Source: an uncultured Gammaproteobacteria bacterium
Lineage (GTDB): Bacteria > Pseudomonadota > Gammaproteobacteria > UBA9214
Reading direction: 5' to 3'
Length of the DNA stretch: 64,000 bases
Assembly (NCBI GenBank): GCA_963748215.1
Contig: CAVVHS010000002.1
Span: 1 to 64,000, forward strand
The notes beneath the pieces are model-generated. The model ran no database searches. It saw nothing but the letters and a program-made list of their open reading frames with translations, and was not told where the DNA came from. Each line of letters opens with the position of its first letter. Position 1 is the stretch's first letter. Below are positions 14,532 to 31,842 of the stretch, piece by piece. The translations under genes and the position numbers were made by a program.

Positions 14532-16961
14532 CTAGAACAGCTGGTCGGTGACGCTTTCCCCGGCACCGGTGGCACCCGCCGCCATGGAGCGACTGGTCTT
14601 GGTCGGCACGCTCTCCACCATGAACGTCTCGAAGATAGCATCGCGCTGACCACTGCCGGCAAGCAGGCCGGTGGCCGGGTCGATACGCACTGTCACCAGT
14701 CCTTCCGGCGGTTCCTGCTTGAGTTCGGCAACGCCTTGCAACGCGTAGGCCATGTAGTCGATCCACATCGGCAGCGCTGACCGGCCGCCGGTCTCGCCGC
14801 GCCCCAGCGGCTCGAGTCGGTCGAAGCCTACCCACGCCGTGGTAACCAGCGCGTGATTGAAGCCGGAAAACCAGCCATCCATCTGGTCATTCGTGGTGCC
14901 GGTCTTGCCAGCCAGGTCGGACCTGCCCAGTGAACGCGCGCGCGTACCGGTGCCGCGCTGAATGACGTCACGCATCATCGAGGTCATCAGCCAGACATTG
15001 CGCGGCGACAGCGTCTGCGTTGCCGGCAACACCGGTTCCGCTTCGGACGTTTGTTCAGTGGTGTCGGCAGCCGCCACCGGTTCAGCAACCGGCGCCTGCT
15101 CCTCGCCCTGCCCGCACTGCGGGCATGCAACTTCCGGTCGGGCCTTGAAGATCATGGTGCCATTGGCATCGCGGATTTCCTTGATGACGTAGGGCTGTAT
15201 CAGGTATCCACCATTGGCCAGCACCGCGTAGGCACGCGCCATTTGCAACGGTGTGACCGAAGCGCTGCCCAGCGCCAGTGTCAGATCCTTCGGTAGCTGC
15301 TCCGCCGAAAATCCGAATCGCTCGGCGTATTCAGCAGCATAGGCAGCACCGATGGAGCGCAGGATACGGATCGAGACCAGATTCCTGGACCGGTACAATG
15401 CCTCGCGCAGACGCGTCGGACCGTGAAACTGGCCGCTGTAGTTTTCCGGCCGCCAGGTGGACTCCAGCTCGGGATCATCGAACACTACCGGGGCATCATT
15501 GATAATACTGGCTGGCGTAAATCCCTTTTCCAGTGCCGCCGAATAGATGATCGGCTTGAAGCTGGAGCCGGGCTGGCGTTTCGCCTGGACGACACGATTG
15601 AACTTGCTGTTATTGAAGTCGAAGCCCCCTACCAGAGACAGGATGGCGCCGTCGTCGGGCCGCAGCGAGACCAGCGCGCCCTCGACACCCGGCATCTGGG
15701 CAAGCTCGTAATGCCCCTCGTCCAGTGCGCGCAGGCGCACGACATCGCCGGCCGTCAATATTTCGCCGGCAGTCTTCGGAGCGGCGCCCAGGCTGTTGGC
15801 ACTGCGGTATGGACGCGCCCAGGACAGCGCATCCCAGTCGAGCGACAGGATTTCACCACTGGCCAGCAGCACGGTCGCGGACTGTTCGCCAACGACAGTA
15901 ACCAGTGCCGCTGGCAGTCCACCCAGCGTCGGATGCTCGGCCAGCAGGCCCGGCCAGTCTTGCTCCGGGACGCTGTTGAGTTCGACGCGAGCCTCGGGCC
16001 CGTGGTAACCATGACGCATGCTGTAATCGAGCAGCGCATTCCGCAACGCCCGGTTGGCGGCTTCCTGGTGGCCGGCATCGATGGTGGTGATGATCTCGAA
16101 CCCGGAGGTATAGGCTGCCGCATCGAACCGTTTGACGATCTCGCTGCGCACCATTTCAGCCACGTAGGGCGCACTGGCCTCGGCGTTGACCGTGTGCGGG
16201 GAGGCATCGTCAACCTCGGCAACCGCCGCGGCGTGTGTTGCAGCGTCGATGTAGCCAAGCTGCAGCATGCGGTCAAGGATATAATTGCGCCGCTCCAGCG
16301 ACGCCTGTGGGTTATTGATCGGGTTGACACGCGAGGGTGCCTTGGGCAGTGCGGCAATCATGGCCATTTTTGCCAGGCTGAGCTCGCTGATCCCCACGCC
16401 GTAATAGACGCGGGCGGCCGCCTCCACCCCGTAGGCACGCTGCCCCAGGTAGATCTTGTTGAAATAGAGCTCGAGAATCTCGTCCTTGCTGAGCGAGTCC
16501 TCGATTCGGAACGCCAGCAGAATCTCGGTCAGCTTGCGCAGGTAGGTCTTTTCGCTGGAGAGGAAGAAATTGCGCGCCACCTGCATGGTGATGGTGCTGC
16601 CGCCCTGGCGTTTCTTGCCGGTGCGGGCCAGCTCCAGGGCGGCACGCATCAACCCCGGCATGTCCACACCGGAATGCTCGAAGAAGTGATCATCCTCGGC
16701 CGCCAGAAATGCCTTTACCAGCAGCGGCGGCACATCACCGATATGGACCGGCGTGCGGCGCTTGTCACCAAATTCAGCCAGCAGCCGATGGTCATGCGTG
16801 TAGACCCGCAGGGGTTCCTGCAAGCGTACGTCCTTCAGCATCTCGATGGAGGGCAGTTGTGGCTCGATCCTGATATAGATGACCGCAGCGACAACCGCCG
16901 TCAAAAATATGCCTGTGAGCAAGAGTGATAGCAGGTACAGACCTGCGCGACGAAAGTTCAT
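14532..16961 (-). CDS. mrcA: penicillin-binding protein 1A
   Basis: EDDHFFEHSG, QGGSTITMQ transglycosylase; SSFK, SRN, KTG transpeptidase motifs; divergent from pilM. Confidence 0.96.
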   Translation of the reverse strand: MNFRRAGLYLLSLLLTGIFLTAVVAAVIYIRIEPQLPSIEMLKDVRLQEPLRVYTHDHRLLAEFGDKRRTPVHIGDVPPLLVKAFLAAEDDHFFEHSGVDMPGLMRAALELARTGKKRQGGSTITMQVARNFFLSSEKTYLRKLTEILLAFRIEDSLSKDEILELYFNKIYLGQRAYGVEAAARVYYGVGISELSLAKMAMIAALPKAPSRVNPINNPQASLERRNYILDRMLQLGYIDAATHAAAVAEVDDASPHTVNAEASAPYVAEMVRSEIVKRFDAAAYTSGFEIITTIDAGHQEAANRALRNALLDYSMRHGYHGPEARVELNSVPEQDWPGLLAEHPTLGGLPAALVTVVGEQSATVLLASGEILSLDWDALSWARPYRSANSLGAAPKTAGEILTAGDVVRLRALDEGHYELAQMPGVEGALVSLRPDDGAILSLVGGFDFNNSKFNRVVQAKRQPGSSFKPIIYSAALEKGFTPASIINDAPVVFDDPELESTWRPENYSGQFHGPTRLREALYRSRNLVSIRILRSIGAAYAAEYAERFGFSAEQLPKDLTLALGSASVTPLQMARAYAVLANGGYLIQPYVIKEIRDANGTMIFKARPEVACPQCGQGEEQAPVAEPVAAADTTEQTSEAEPVLPATQTLSPRNVWLMTSMMRDVIQRGTGTRARSLGRSDLAGKTGTTNDQMDGWFSGFNHALVTTAWVGFDRLEPLGRGETGGRSALPMWIDYMAYALQGVAELKQEPPEGLVTVRIDPATGLLAGSGQRDAIFETFMVESVPTKTSRSMAAGATGAGESVTDQLF

Positions 16962-17129
16962 TGTAAGTGGCGGAAACCTGTGATCGGGTTCAAAGAATGC
17001 AGCGGAATCGAATCATAGATTACAAATTATCCGGTGTGCTGCGTATTTTTACTAAACAAAATTGACGTGCGCCCGATAAGCTGTCTGGTAACACAGCTCT
17101 GTCGAACGAATCGTTTAATTACACATTAG

Positions 17130-17158
17130 TTGACAATCAGTTGGCAATGTCCTCTAAT
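17130..17158 (+). promoter_or_regulatory. sigma70-type promoter of pilMNOPQ
   Basis: TTGACA-N17-TCTAAT, 50 bp upstream of pilM. Confidence 0.7.
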
Positions 17159-17193
17159 GCGGCGAACTACCTGTGCTGTTCAACAGCGGGTAA

Positions 17194-18279
<1,086 letters not shown>

Positions 18280-18280
18280 T

Positions 18281-18862
18281 ATGGCACATATCAACCTGCT
18301 ACCCTGGCGCGAAGAGCGCAACAAGCAGAAGCAGCGCGAATTTGCCTTTATTGCAGGCGGCAGCGTTGTTATCGCCGCCCTGATCGTGCTGTTTTCCCAT
18401 ATTCATTTCGATGGCAAGATCGTCACCCAGGATCAGCGCAATGCATTTCTGCAAAATGAAATCAGCGTGCTGGACAAGCGGATCGGCCGCATCAAGGAAC
18501 TCGAGTCCCTGAAGGAAGATCTGCTGGCACGCATGAACGTCATACAGGAGCTGCAGAGCAGCCGCCCGGAGAGCGTGCACCTCATGGATGAACTGGTCAG
18601 ATCCATACCCGAAGGTGTCTACCTGAACTCGTTCGCACAGAAAACGCGCAGCATCGAGATGGCCGGCGTGGCACAGTCGAACGCCCGCGTTTCCGATTAC
18701 ATGCGTAATATTGACAGCTCCGAGTGGCTTACCGATCCACGTCTCGGCCTGATCAGGACTACCGAGTCGAATCGTCGTCGCGTAGCGAACTTCACCCTGC
18801 AGGGCAGCCAGAAAGCCCGCCCAACTACCGAGCAGGAAAGCAGTATGGACGAGGCGGGGTAA
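18281..18862 (+). CDS. pilN: type IV pilus assembly protein PilN
   Basis: INLLPWRE motif, TM helix, AQSNARVSDYMRN. Confidence 0.95.
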   Translation: MAHINLLPWREERNKQKQREFAFIAGGSVVIAALIVLFSHIHFDGKIVTQDQRNAFLQNEISVLDKRIGRIKELESLKEDLLARMNVIQELQSSRPESVHLMDELVRSIPEGVYLNSFAQKTRSIEMAGVAQSNARVSDYMRNIDSSEWLTDPRLGLIRTTESNRRRVANFTLQGSQKARPTTEQESSMDEAG

Positions 18863-18868
18863 TCAATT

Positions 18869-19468
18869 ATGGATCTCAACGAACTTGATTTGACCAATGT
18901 TGCGCGCTGGCCGGCCACTGCACAGGCCGTTGTCATACTGCTGCTGATGGCCAGCGTTATCTTCCTGGGATACTGGTTCCATACCAAGGACCAGCTGGTC
19001 GTACTGGAAGATGCCGAGAAAAAAGAAGAGAACCTGAAGCTGGTCTTCGAGAAGAAAGCCAAACAGGCGGTCAATCTCGAAGCCTATGAAAAACAGCTGG
19101 AGGAAATGCGTGAATCCTTCGGTGCCATGCTGCGCCAGCTGCCGAACGAGACCGAGGTTGCCGACCTGCTGGTGGATGTGTCCCAGACCGGCCTGGCGAG
19201 TGGCCTCGAATTCGAGCTGTTCCAGCCGGGGGGAGAGAATCCCCGCGAATTCTACGCCGAGATGCCGATCAACATCCGCGTTATCGGGAACTATCACGAG
19301 TTTGGTGATTTTGTCAGTGGCGTTGCGGCCTTGCCCCGCATCGTGACACTTCACAACATCCGAATCGGCCGGGTTAGCGCTACCAGCACCACCCTGGCGA
19401 TGGACCTGACTGCCAAGACCTACCGTTACCTTGAAGATAACGAGAGGGGTGGGGAGGCTGCAAAATGA
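18869..19468 (+). CDS. pilO: type IV pilus assembly protein PilO
   Basis: MLRQLP..TEV..LL, FYAEMPI, LPRIVTL, AKTYRY. Confidence 0.95.
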   Translation: MDLNELDLTNVARWPATAQAVVILLLMASVIFLGYWFHTKDQLVVLEDAEKKEENLKLVFEKKAKQAVNLEAYEKQLEEMRESFGAMLRQLPNETEVADLLVDVSQTGLASGLEFELFQPGGENPREFYAEMPINIRVIGNYHEFGDFVSGVAALPRIVTLHNIRIGRVSATSTTLAMDLTAKTYRYLEDNERGGEAAK

Positions 19469-20010
19469 TGGCCGCTTTCAATATCAGAATCTGCCGTATT
19501 ATCCTGGCGGCTGCAGCAACAGCCGGACTTGCCGGATGCTCGGGCGATCCGACCGCAGACTTGATAGATTATGCGGATAAGGTGAAAAACCAGCAGGTGT
19601 CGCGTATCGAACCGCTGCCGGAATTCAGGCCGTACGAGTCATTCCTGTACGCGGCATCCGATCTGCGTGATCCCTTTACCATACCGACTTTTACAAACCA
19701 GCAGGCGCTGGCACTGCCGACCGCAAGCAATGGCATTACGCCGGACTTCGACCGTCCGCGCGAACCGCTCGAGGAATTCCCACTCGACAGCCTGCGTATG
19801 GTCGGAACACTGGAGCAGCATGAAGCCAACTGGGCACTGATCAATGACACGGACGGCACCATCCACCGTGTACAGGCGGGCAATTACGCCGGACAGAACT
19901 TCGGAAAAATAACACGCGTGAGCGAATTCGAAGTCGAGCTTACAGAAATCGTTCCAGATGGTATCGGGGGCTGGATGGAGCGCCAGGCCACGATTGCGAT
20001 AAGTGAATAA
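19465..20010 (+). CDS. pilP: type IV pilus lipoprotein PilP
   Basis: lipobox LAGC, IEPLP, RDPF, EPLEEFPLDSLRMVGTL. Confidence 0.95.
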   Translation: MMAAFNIRICRIILAAAATAGLAGCSGDPTADLIDYADKVKNQQVSRIEPLPEFRPYESFLYAASDLRDPFTIPTFTNQQALALPTASNGITPDFDRPREPLEEFPLDSLRMVGTLEQHEANWALINDTDGTIHRVQAGNYAGQNFGKITRVSEFEVELTEIVPDGIGGWMERQATIAISE

Positions 20011-20019
20011 TCCCACAGG

Positions 20020-22164
20020 GTGACAGCAATGATCGGAAATATTTCTCGCCGTTTGCCAGCAAGCGAAAATTCTTTTGTGCAGACAGACAGGCGCCAGGGC
20101 CGGACGCTATGGCGCAACCTGTTGACTGCCGCATACCTTATGTTTGGCGGCATCATTACTGCTCATGCAGCGGGCAACACGCTGCAGTCCGTTGATTTCA
20201 GCAGCCTGCCTGGCAACAAGGCCCAGATCACCCTGACAATGAGTCAGCCGGCCGCAGCACCGCTCAGTTTCACCATCGACAATCCGGCCCGGATTGCGCT
20301 GGATTTCCCCGATACAGCCAACGGCCTTGCCAGCCGCTCCCAGGATATCGGCATCGGCATGGCGGACAGCATCACCGTCGTGGAGGCAAAAGGCCGTACG
20401 CGGGTCGTTGTCAACCTGGTTGACATGGTTCCCTACGAGGCCCATGCGGATGGCAACAAGGTTGTGCTGACCATACAGAATGCAGGTCGTGACCTCTCCG
20501 ATGCTGCGGCTGTTGCGGCACAGGCGACCGGCGGTAGCAGCAACATGATCAGCAACATCGATTTCCGGCGCGGCACCGGCGGCGAGGGCCGTGTGATCGT
20601 GACCCTGTCGGATCCTTCCATTCCTGTTGACATGCGCCAGGAAAGCGGGCTGGTCGTGGTGGATTTCTACCGTGCCCAGCTTCCGCGTGAACTGGAGCGC
20701 CGCCTGGATGTGCTCGATTTTGCCACCCCGGTCAAGACCATCGATGCCTATACCAAGGGCGAAAACGTCCACATGGTCATCACGCCGATGGGCAACTACG
20801 ACTACATCGCCTACCAGGCCGACGACCAGTTCACCATCGAGGTGCGTCAGCTGACCAAGCAGGAAGTCGAGGAGAAGAAGAAGGACGAGTTCGGCTATTC
20901 AGGCGAGCGCCTGTCCCTCAATTTCCAGGATATCGAGGTCCGCTCGGTGCTGCAGCTGATAGCCGACTTCACCGGCATCAACGTTGTGGTGAGCGACACC
21001 GTCACGGGCAGCCTGACCCTGCGACTGAAGAACGTGCCCTGGGACCAGGCGCTGGACATCATTCTCAAGACCAAGGGCCTCGCCATGCGCCAGACCGGCA
21101 ATGTCATGCTGGTTGCGCCGAGCGAGGAAATCGCGGCCCGCGAAAAACTGGAGCTTGAATCCCAGAAGCAGATCCAGGAACTGGAGCCGCTGTATTCCGA
21201 ATATCTCCAGATCAACTACGCCAAGGCATCGGATATTACCGCGCTGCTGAAGAGCGGGGACACCACCCTGATGTCCGATCGCGGCATGGTCACGGTAGAT
21301 GAACGCACCAACACACTGCTGGTGCAGGATACGGCAGCGAAACTGGCCGAAATCCGCAAGCTGATCGCCCAGCTGGACATCCCGGTCCGCCAGGTGCTGA
21401 TCGAGTCCCGCATCGTACTGGCCAACAATGACTTCGCTCGCGAACTGGGTGTGCAGTTTGGCGTGGCCAAGCGGACCACCTACGACAACGACCATATCCT
21501 GACTATCGGCGGTACGCAGGAAAACGGCTTCGAAGTCACCGGCCCGCAGACCGGCTTCAACCCGGGTGACGATACAGAAGGTCTGCTGGTTGACCTGCCG
21601 ATTGCTTCAGCTGGCAGTTCGATCGGCCTGGCCATCGGCAAGCTGGGCAGCCACCTGCTGCAGCTCGAGCTGAGTGCTCTCGAGTCGGAAGGCAAGGGCG
21701 AAGTGATTTCCAGCCCGCGCGTGCTGACCTCGAACCAGAAAGCCGCCTACATCGAGACCGGCACCGAGGTTCCGTACCAGGAAAGCACCTCCAGCGGCGC
21801 CACCAGCATTTCATTCAAGAAGGCCGTGCTCCGGCTCGAGGCCACGCCGCAGATTACCCCGGATGATCGCATCATCATGGATCTGCTCATCAACAAGGAT
21901 GCGGTCGGCGAGATCACGGCCACAAACGTGCCGACCATTGATACCAACGAGATCTCCACCCAGGTCCTGGTCGACAACGGCGAAACCCTGGTACTGGGCG
22001 GCATCTACGAGGAAACCAACACCCAGGCCATCACGCGCACACCATTCTTCGGAGAGCTGCCCGTGATCGACTGGTTGTTCAAGCGCACGGTCAAGGAACA
22101 CGACAAGCAGGAATTGCTGATCTTCGTGACCCCCAAGATCGTCAAGGAAGATTTCCGCCTCTGA
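20020..22164 (+). CDS. pilQ: type IV pilus secretin PilQ
   Basis: AMIN domains, LSLNFQDIEVRSVLQ, VPWDQALD, secretin ELLIFVTPKI; start uncertain. Confidence 0.95.
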   Translation: MTAMIGNISRRLPASENSFVQTDRRQGRTLWRNLLTAAYLMFGGIITAHAAGNTLQSVDFSSLPGNKAQITLTMSQPAAAPLSFTIDNPARIALDFPDTANGLASRSQDIGIGMADSITVVEAKGRTRVVVNLVDMVPYEAHADGNKVVLTIQNAGRDLSDAAAVAAQATGGSSNMISNIDFRRGTGGEGRVIVTLSDPSIPVDMRQESGLVVVDFYRAQLPRELERRLDVLDFATPVKTIDAYTKGENVHMVITPMGNYDYIAYQADDQFTIEVRQLTKQEVEEKKKDEFGYSGERLSLNFQDIEVRSVLQLIADFTGINVVVSDTVTGSLTLRLKNVPWDQALDIILKTKGLAMRQTGNVMLVAPSEEIAAREKLELESQKQIQELEPLYSEYLQINYAKASDITALLKSGDTTLMSDRGMVTVDERTNTLLVQDTAAKLAEIRKLIAQLDIPVRQVLIESRIVLANNDFARELGVQFGVAKRTTYDNDHILTIGGTQENGFEVTGPQTGFNPGDDTEGLLVDLPIASAGSSIGLAIGKLGSHLLQLELSALESEGKGEVISSPRVLTSNQKAAYIETGTEVPYQESTSSGATSISFKKAVLRLEATPQITPDDRIIMDLLINKDAVGEITATNVPTIDTNEISTQVLVDNGETLVLGGIYEETNTQAITRTPFFGELPVIDWLFKRTVKEHDKQELLIFVTPKIVKEDFRL

Positions 22165-22221
22165 CACTACCCGGCTGGCAATACTTGCCAGCCGGCCGTT
22201 ATTCTGGCATACCTGCCCGGC

Positions 22222-22734
22222 ATGAAAGTGCCGGGCAATTTGTTTTTAACGGGCCCTATGGGGGCCGGCAAGTCCACCATAGGTCGCCAGTTGTCCAGGC
22301 AACTGAATATGCCCTTTCACGACAGCGACCATGAAATCGAGCAGCGTACCGGCGTCGACATCCCGCTGATCTTCGAACTCGAGGGTGAGGCAGGGTTCCG
22401 CAAGCGCGAAAGCGCCGTCATCGACGAATTGACCCAGCTCGATGGCATCATCCTGGCAACCGGCGGAGGGGCGATACTGGATCCGCAAAACAGGGAACAT
22501 CTCGCCAGCCGGGGCACGGTGATATACCTGCATGCCTCAGTCAACCAGCAGCTCAAGCGCACCGGCCGGGACCGCAACCGGCCGTTACTGCAGACCCCCG
22601 ACCCGCGCAAAACACTCGAGGAACTGATGGCAACCCGCGACCCCCTGTACCGGGAAAGCGCCGATATCATCATCGACACCGACGGCATGCGCGTCATGGA
22701 CGTGGTCAAACAGATCATCAGGCAGCTCGAATGA
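22222..22734 (+). CDS. aroK: shikimate kinase
   Basis: GPMGAGKSTIG, IFELEGEAGFRKRE, ATGGG, RPLL. Confidence 0.96.
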   Translation: MKVPGNLFLTGPMGAGKSTIGRQLSRQLNMPFHDSDHEIEQRTGVDIPLIFELEGEAGFRKRESAVIDELTQLDGIILATGGGAILDPQNREHLASRGTVIYLHASVNQQLKRTGRDRNRPLLQTPDPRKTLEELMATRDPLYRESADIIIDTDGMRVMDVVKQIIRQLE

Positions 22735-22806
22735 CAGTCCCGTTTTTTTGCCTGCCACCTGCCTTTTTCGCTATGCTGGACTCGTTTTCCTGACAGCTAC
22801 AGACCG

Positions 22807-23883
22807 ATGCAAACACTAACCGTCGACCTCGGGGAGCGCAGCTACCCCATCCATATCGGGCAGGGATTGCTCGCCAACAAGGCATTGCTGACGCCGCACA
22901 TCCGCGGGCGGCAGGTCATGGTAGTGAGCAACGAGACCGTCGCACCGCTGTATCTTGAGCCGGTGCTTGGCATGCTGGCAGACCATGATGTGTCCACTGT
23001 TATCCTCCCGGACGGCGAGCAATACAAGAATCTGGAAACCCTGAATACCATCTATACCGCTCTGCTGGAGCACCGGCTCAACCGTGGTTGCACACTGGTC
23101 GCACTTGGCGGGGGCGTGGTCGGCGACATTACCGGCTTCGCTGCCGCCAGCTACCAGCGTGGCGTCGCCTTCGTACAGATCCCCACGACCCTGCTGGCCC
23201 AGGTGGATTCGTCGGTTGGCGGCAAGACCGGTGTCAACCATCCGCTGGGCAAGAACATGATCGGCGCCTTTCACCAGCCACGTTGCGTACTCATAGACAC
23301 CGATACACTGGACACGCTGGATGACCGCCAGCTTGCCGCGGGACTCGCGGAAGTCATCAAGTACGGCCTGATTCACGATGCGGACTTCTTCAACTGGCTG
23401 GAACAGAATATCGAGGCATTGAAGGCGCGCGACAAGCAGGCCCTGGCCCATGCTATCGAGCGTTCCTGCGCCATCAAGGCGGAAATCGTTGCCGAGGATG
23501 AACGTGAAAGTGGCAAGCGAGCCCTGCTGAATCTAGGCCACACATTCGGTCACGCCATCGAAACCGGCACGGGCTATGGCAACTGGCTGCATGGCGAAGC
23601 CGTGGCTGCCGGCATGGTCATGGCGGCGGACCTGTCAGCACGCCACGGTTGGCTGGCACAAACCGACGTCGAGCGAACCGCCGCCCTGCTGCGCCAGGCA
23701 AACCTGCCAGTCGCGCCACCGCCGGAGATGAACGAACAGCAATTCCTCGACCTCATGGCCGTCGACAAAAAGGCCGTCGACAGCGGCCTGCGCCTGGTCC
23801 TGCTCAAGGCCATCGGCACGGCAGTGCTGACCGCCGACTACCGGCCCGAGCTGTTGAGTGCAACATTCAGTGCAACAGCCTGA
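22807..23883 (+). CDS. aroB: 3-dehydroquinate synthase
   Basis: [43 protein letters not shown]. Confidence 0.97.
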   Translation: MQTLTVDLGERSYPIHIGQGLLANKALLTPHIRGRQVMVVSNETVAPLYLEPVLGMLADHDVSTVILPDGEQYKNLETLNTIYTALLEHRLNRGCTLVALGGGVVGDITGFAAASYQRGVAFVQIPTTLLAQVDSSVGGKTGVNHPLGKNMIGAFHQPRCVLIDTDTLDTLDDRQLAAGLAEVIKYGLIHDADFFNWLEQNIEALKARDKQALAHAIERSCAIKAEIVAEDERESGKRALLNLGHTFGHAIETGTGYGNWLHGEAVAAGMVMAADLSARHGWLAQTDVERTAALLRQANLPVAPPPEMNEQQFLDLMAVDKKAVDSGLRLVLLKAIGTAVLTADYRPELLSATFSATA

Positions 23884-23886
23884 AAC

Positions 23887-25053
23887 ATGAACACGGTCAC
23901 CGGCAGGGAACCGCAGCTGGCTTGCTATGCGGCCACCACGATCCGCTCCAGGGGCCGCCGCTACCCGGAGCCCGCCCCTGCCTATCGCAGTGAATATCAG
24001 CGTGACCGGGACCGCATCATCCACTCGGCCGCTTTCAGGCGTCTCGAATACAAGACACAGGTCTTCGTCAATCACGAGGGCGACCTGTTCCGTACCCGCC
24101 TGACACACTCGATAGAGGTCGCGCAGGTTGCGCGCTCCATCGCCCGCGCATTGCAGCTGAACGAGGACCTGACCGAGGGCATCGCACTGGCACACGACCT
24201 CGGTCACACGCCCTTCGGTCATGCGGGTCAGGATGCGCTGAATGACTGCATGCAGGATTACGGTGGCTTCGAACATAACCTGCAGTCACTGCGCGTGGTC
24301 GACGAGCTTGAAGAGCGCTATGCGGAATTCCCCGGTCTCAACCTGACCTTTGAAACACGCGAAGGTATTCTCAAGCATTGTTCGCGCAAAAATGCGGAAA
24401 CCCTGGGTGAACTGGGCGAACGTATTCTGAACCGGCTGCAGCCTTCTCTCGAGGCGCAGCTGACCAACCTGGCAGATGAAATCGCCTATAACAGTCACGA
24501 CGTAGATGATGGCCTGCGCTCCGGCCTGATCGATGTCGAGGCCCTCACTGAAGTCACCCTGTTCCGCGAGCAATACGACATCGTACGCAACAGCTATCCG
24601 CAGCTGGCCGCGCGCCGCACCATCCACGAGGTGGTGCGGCGCCTGATCGGCTGCCAGGTGATCGACCTGGTCGAGACCAGCGCGGCGCGGCTGGCCGAAA
24701 CGGCACCGGCCGATATCGAGGCTGTGCGGGCATACAGGGAACCACTGATCACCTTCAGCGAAGCCATGCGTGAAAAAAACCAGGAACTGAAGCGCTTCCT
24801 GCGCACCCGCCTCTACCGTCACTACCGCGTTCACCGCATGACAACGAAAGCCGCGCAGACCATCACCGCCCTGTTCAGCACATTTCTCAAAGACCCGCGC
24901 CTGCTGCCGGATGATGCCTACCGGCATGTACAGGAACTGCAATCTGCCGGCGGGGACAGCGGCCAGGCACGTGCCGTGGCCGATTACATCGCCGGCATGA
25001 CTGACCGCTATGCCATCGCCGAATACGACCGCGTGTTCAACCCGGCGATATAG
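23887..25053 (+). CDS. dgt: dGTP triphosphohydrolase family protein
   Basis: [47 protein letters not shown]. Confidence 0.93.
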   Translation: MNTVTGREPQLACYAATTIRSRGRRYPEPAPAYRSEYQRDRDRIIHSAAFRRLEYKTQVFVNHEGDLFRTRLTHSIEVAQVARSIARALQLNEDLTEGIALAHDLGHTPFGHAGQDALNDCMQDYGGFEHNLQSLRVVDELEERYAEFPGLNLTFETREGILKHCSRKNAETLGELGERILNRLQPSLEAQLTNLADEIAYNSHDVDDGLRSGLIDVEALTEVTLFREQYDIVRNSYPQLAARRTIHEVVRRLIGCQVIDLVETSAARLAETAPADIEAVRAYREPLITFSEAMREKNQELKRFLRTRLYRHYRVHRMTTKAAQTITALFSTFLKDPRLLPDDAYRHVQELQSAGGDSGQARAVADYIAGMTDRYAIAEYDRVFNPAI

Positions 25054-25074
25054 GACCAGATCATAACAACAGAC

Positions 25075-25229
25075 TCTCGCGCAAAGACGCAGAGAACGCA
25101 GAGAACGCAGAGAACGTGGCAATATTCGACACTACAGGCATGTATAAAACAGAATAAATACCTCATGAGTTTCATTTCCACCCGAAATTTTTCATATTTT
25201 TCTCTGCGCCTCTGTGGCTCTGCGCGAGA
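25075..25229. repeat. inverted-repeat element with 9-bp ACGCAGAGA sub-repeats
   Basis: left arm TCTCGCGCAAAG(ACGCAGAGA)x3; right arm TCTCTGCGCCTCTGTGGCTCTGCGCGAGA; AT-rich spacer. Confidence 0.7.
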
Positions 25230-25257
25230 TATGTATTGCACATTTGGGCGATAACTC

Positions 25258-25506
25258 ATGCGCATCTACATGCAGATCCCGCCACAGGACGACAAGGCGC
25301 CACGCTTCTATCACCTGCACCTGCAGGAGGACCTGATCGAGGGCTGGTCGCTGATCCGCGAATGGGGTTACCAGGGCGCGCGCGGCCGGGTCGTGCGCGA
25401 AAACTTTCCGGACCGTGACAGCGCGGAGGCGGCGCTGATTCGGGCGCGTGACGAACAGCTCAAACGCGGTTACCGTGTCGTCTTCATCCAGACCCGGTCC
25501 GAATAG
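25258..25506 (+). CDS. WGR domain protein
   Basis: RFYHLHLQEDL..GWSLIREWGYQG...KRGY. Confidence 0.8.
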   Translation: MRIYMQIPPQDDKAPRFYHLHLQEDLIEGWSLIREWGYQGARGRVVRENFPDRDSAEAALIRARDEQLKRGYRVVFIQTRSE

Positions 25507-25744
25507 CCTGCCGGCCATCGTCCATATCCCTGATAAGAAAGGGGAAAAACAACTCCGCTCAAATTGAACCACCGGCCCCGCGGCGCTATACTGTTTGGCC
25601 TTTTGCGCGGGTGCCGGTAACTGCTACAGCACCCCAAAAGCGCAACTGTGGGAATATTGCATCTTGTTGTTTAATATGGTGTTTTATGGTATTCGACAGA
25701 ACGCCCGTCTGGTACCCTGGCACATAATAAAGAAGGTATCCCCG

Positions 25745-30386
<4,642 letters not shown>

Positions 30387-30388
30387 AC

Positions 30389-31840
30389 ATGGGTAAGCCA
30401 ACCGGTTTCCTGGAGTACCCTCGTCACGAGCGGAGCTATGCACCGGCCGCCGATCGTGTACAGCATTTCCGCGAATTCGTGATCCCTCTCGCTGAGGATG
30501 AAATCAGGGTGCAGGGCGCACGCTGCATGGATTGCGGCATACCGTTCTGCCACCAGGGCTGTCCGGTCAACAATATCATCCCGGACTGGAACGACCTGGT
30601 CTACCACGGCAACTGGCAGGAAGCGCTCGCCGTACTGCAGTCGACCAACAACTTTCCGGAATTCACCGGCCGTATCTGCCCGGCCCCTTGCGAAGAGGCC
30701 TGCACACTCAACCTCGACGACAATCCGGTCACCATCAAGACCATCGAGTGCGCCATTGTCGACAAGGGCTGGGAGCAGGGCTGGATACAGCCACAGCCGG
30801 CCGCACACAAAACCGGCAAAAAGGTAGCCGTCGTCGGTTCCGGCCCTGCCGGCATGGCCTGTGCACAGCAGCTGGCGCGCGCCGGCCACGACGTCGAGGT
30901 ATTCGAGAAAAGCGACCGTATCGGCGGTCTGCTGCGATATGGCATTCCCGACTTCAAGATGGAAAAGCACATCATCGACCGGCGCATGGCGCAGATGGAA
31001 GCCGAGGGTGTCACTTTCCATACCAATTCGCACATCGGCGCCGGCATTCCGGCCAGCAAGTTGCTGGGCAGCTTCGATGCCGTTGCGCTGACCGGCGGCT
31101 CGGAACATTCGCGTGACCTCGAAGCCCCCGGGCGTGAACTGGACGGTGTGCATTTCGCCATGAGCTTCCTGCCGCAGCAGAACAAGCGTAATGCCGGCGA
31201 CAGCATCGACCCGTCCGTAGCGCTGAGCGCAAAGGACAAGCACGTCATCGTCATCGGTGGCGGCGATACCGGCTCCGACTGCATCGGCACCTCCTTTCGC
31301 CAGGGCGCACTGTCCGTTACCCAGCTGGAGATCATGCCCAAGCCGCCGGAGAAAGAGAACAAGGGCCTGACCTGGCCGGAGTGGCCGAACAAGCTGCGCA
31401 CCTCCAGCTCGCAGAATGAAGGCGCCGTGCGTGACTGGTCGGTCGCCACAAAATCCATCGAAGGCAAGGACGGCAAGGTCACCGCGATCGTCTGCGTGCG
31501 CGTGGACTGGCTGAAAGATGCCCAGGGCCGCTGGCAGATGCAGGAAATCCCGGGCAGCGAGTTCCGGCTCAAGGCCGACATGGTACTGCTGGCGATGGGC
31601 TTCGTGCACCCGGTACATCAAGGCATGCTGGAGGAACTGGGCGTCGAGCTCGATCCGCGCGGCAACGTCAAGGGCAGCACCGAAGGCACCAATGCCTACC
31701 ACACCACGATCGACAAGGTATTCACCGCCGGCGATATGCGCCGCGGCCAGTCGCTGGTGGTCTGGGCGATCCGCGAGGGTCGGCAGTGCGCACGGGCCAT
31801 CGACGAGTATTTAATGGGTACTTCGGAATTACCGAGATAG
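30389..31840 (+). CDS. gltD: glutamate synthase small subunit
   Basis: [47 protein letters not shown]. Confidence 0.97.
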   Translation: MGKPTGFLEYPRHERSYAPAADRVQHFREFVIPLAEDEIRVQGARCMDCGIPFCHQGCPVNNIIPDWNDLVYHGNWQEALAVLQSTNNFPEFTGRICPAPCEEACTLNLDDNPVTIKTIECAIVDKGWEQGWIQPQPAAHKTGKKVAVVGSGPAGMACAQQLARAGHDVEVFEKSDRIGGLLRYGIPDFKMEKHIIDRRMAQMEAEGVTFHTNSHIGAGIPASKLLGSFDAVALTGGSEHSRDLEAPGRELDGVHFAMSFLPQQNKRNAGDSIDPSVALSAKDKHVIVIGGGDTGSDCIGTSFRQGALSVTQLEIMPKPPEKENKGLTWPEWPNKLRTSSSQNEGAVRDWSVATKSIEGKDGKVTAIVCVRVDWLKDAQGRWQMQEIPGSEFRLKADMVLLAMGFVHPVHQGMLEELGVELDPRGNVKGSTEGTNAYHTTIDKVFTAGDMRRGQSLVVWAIREGRQCARAIDEYLMGTSELPR

Positions 31841-31842
31841 GC

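Noticed and set aside
25087-25113. Possible CRISPR array
   Set aside because: Only contiguous 9-bp repeats with no spacers; no cas genes in the window.
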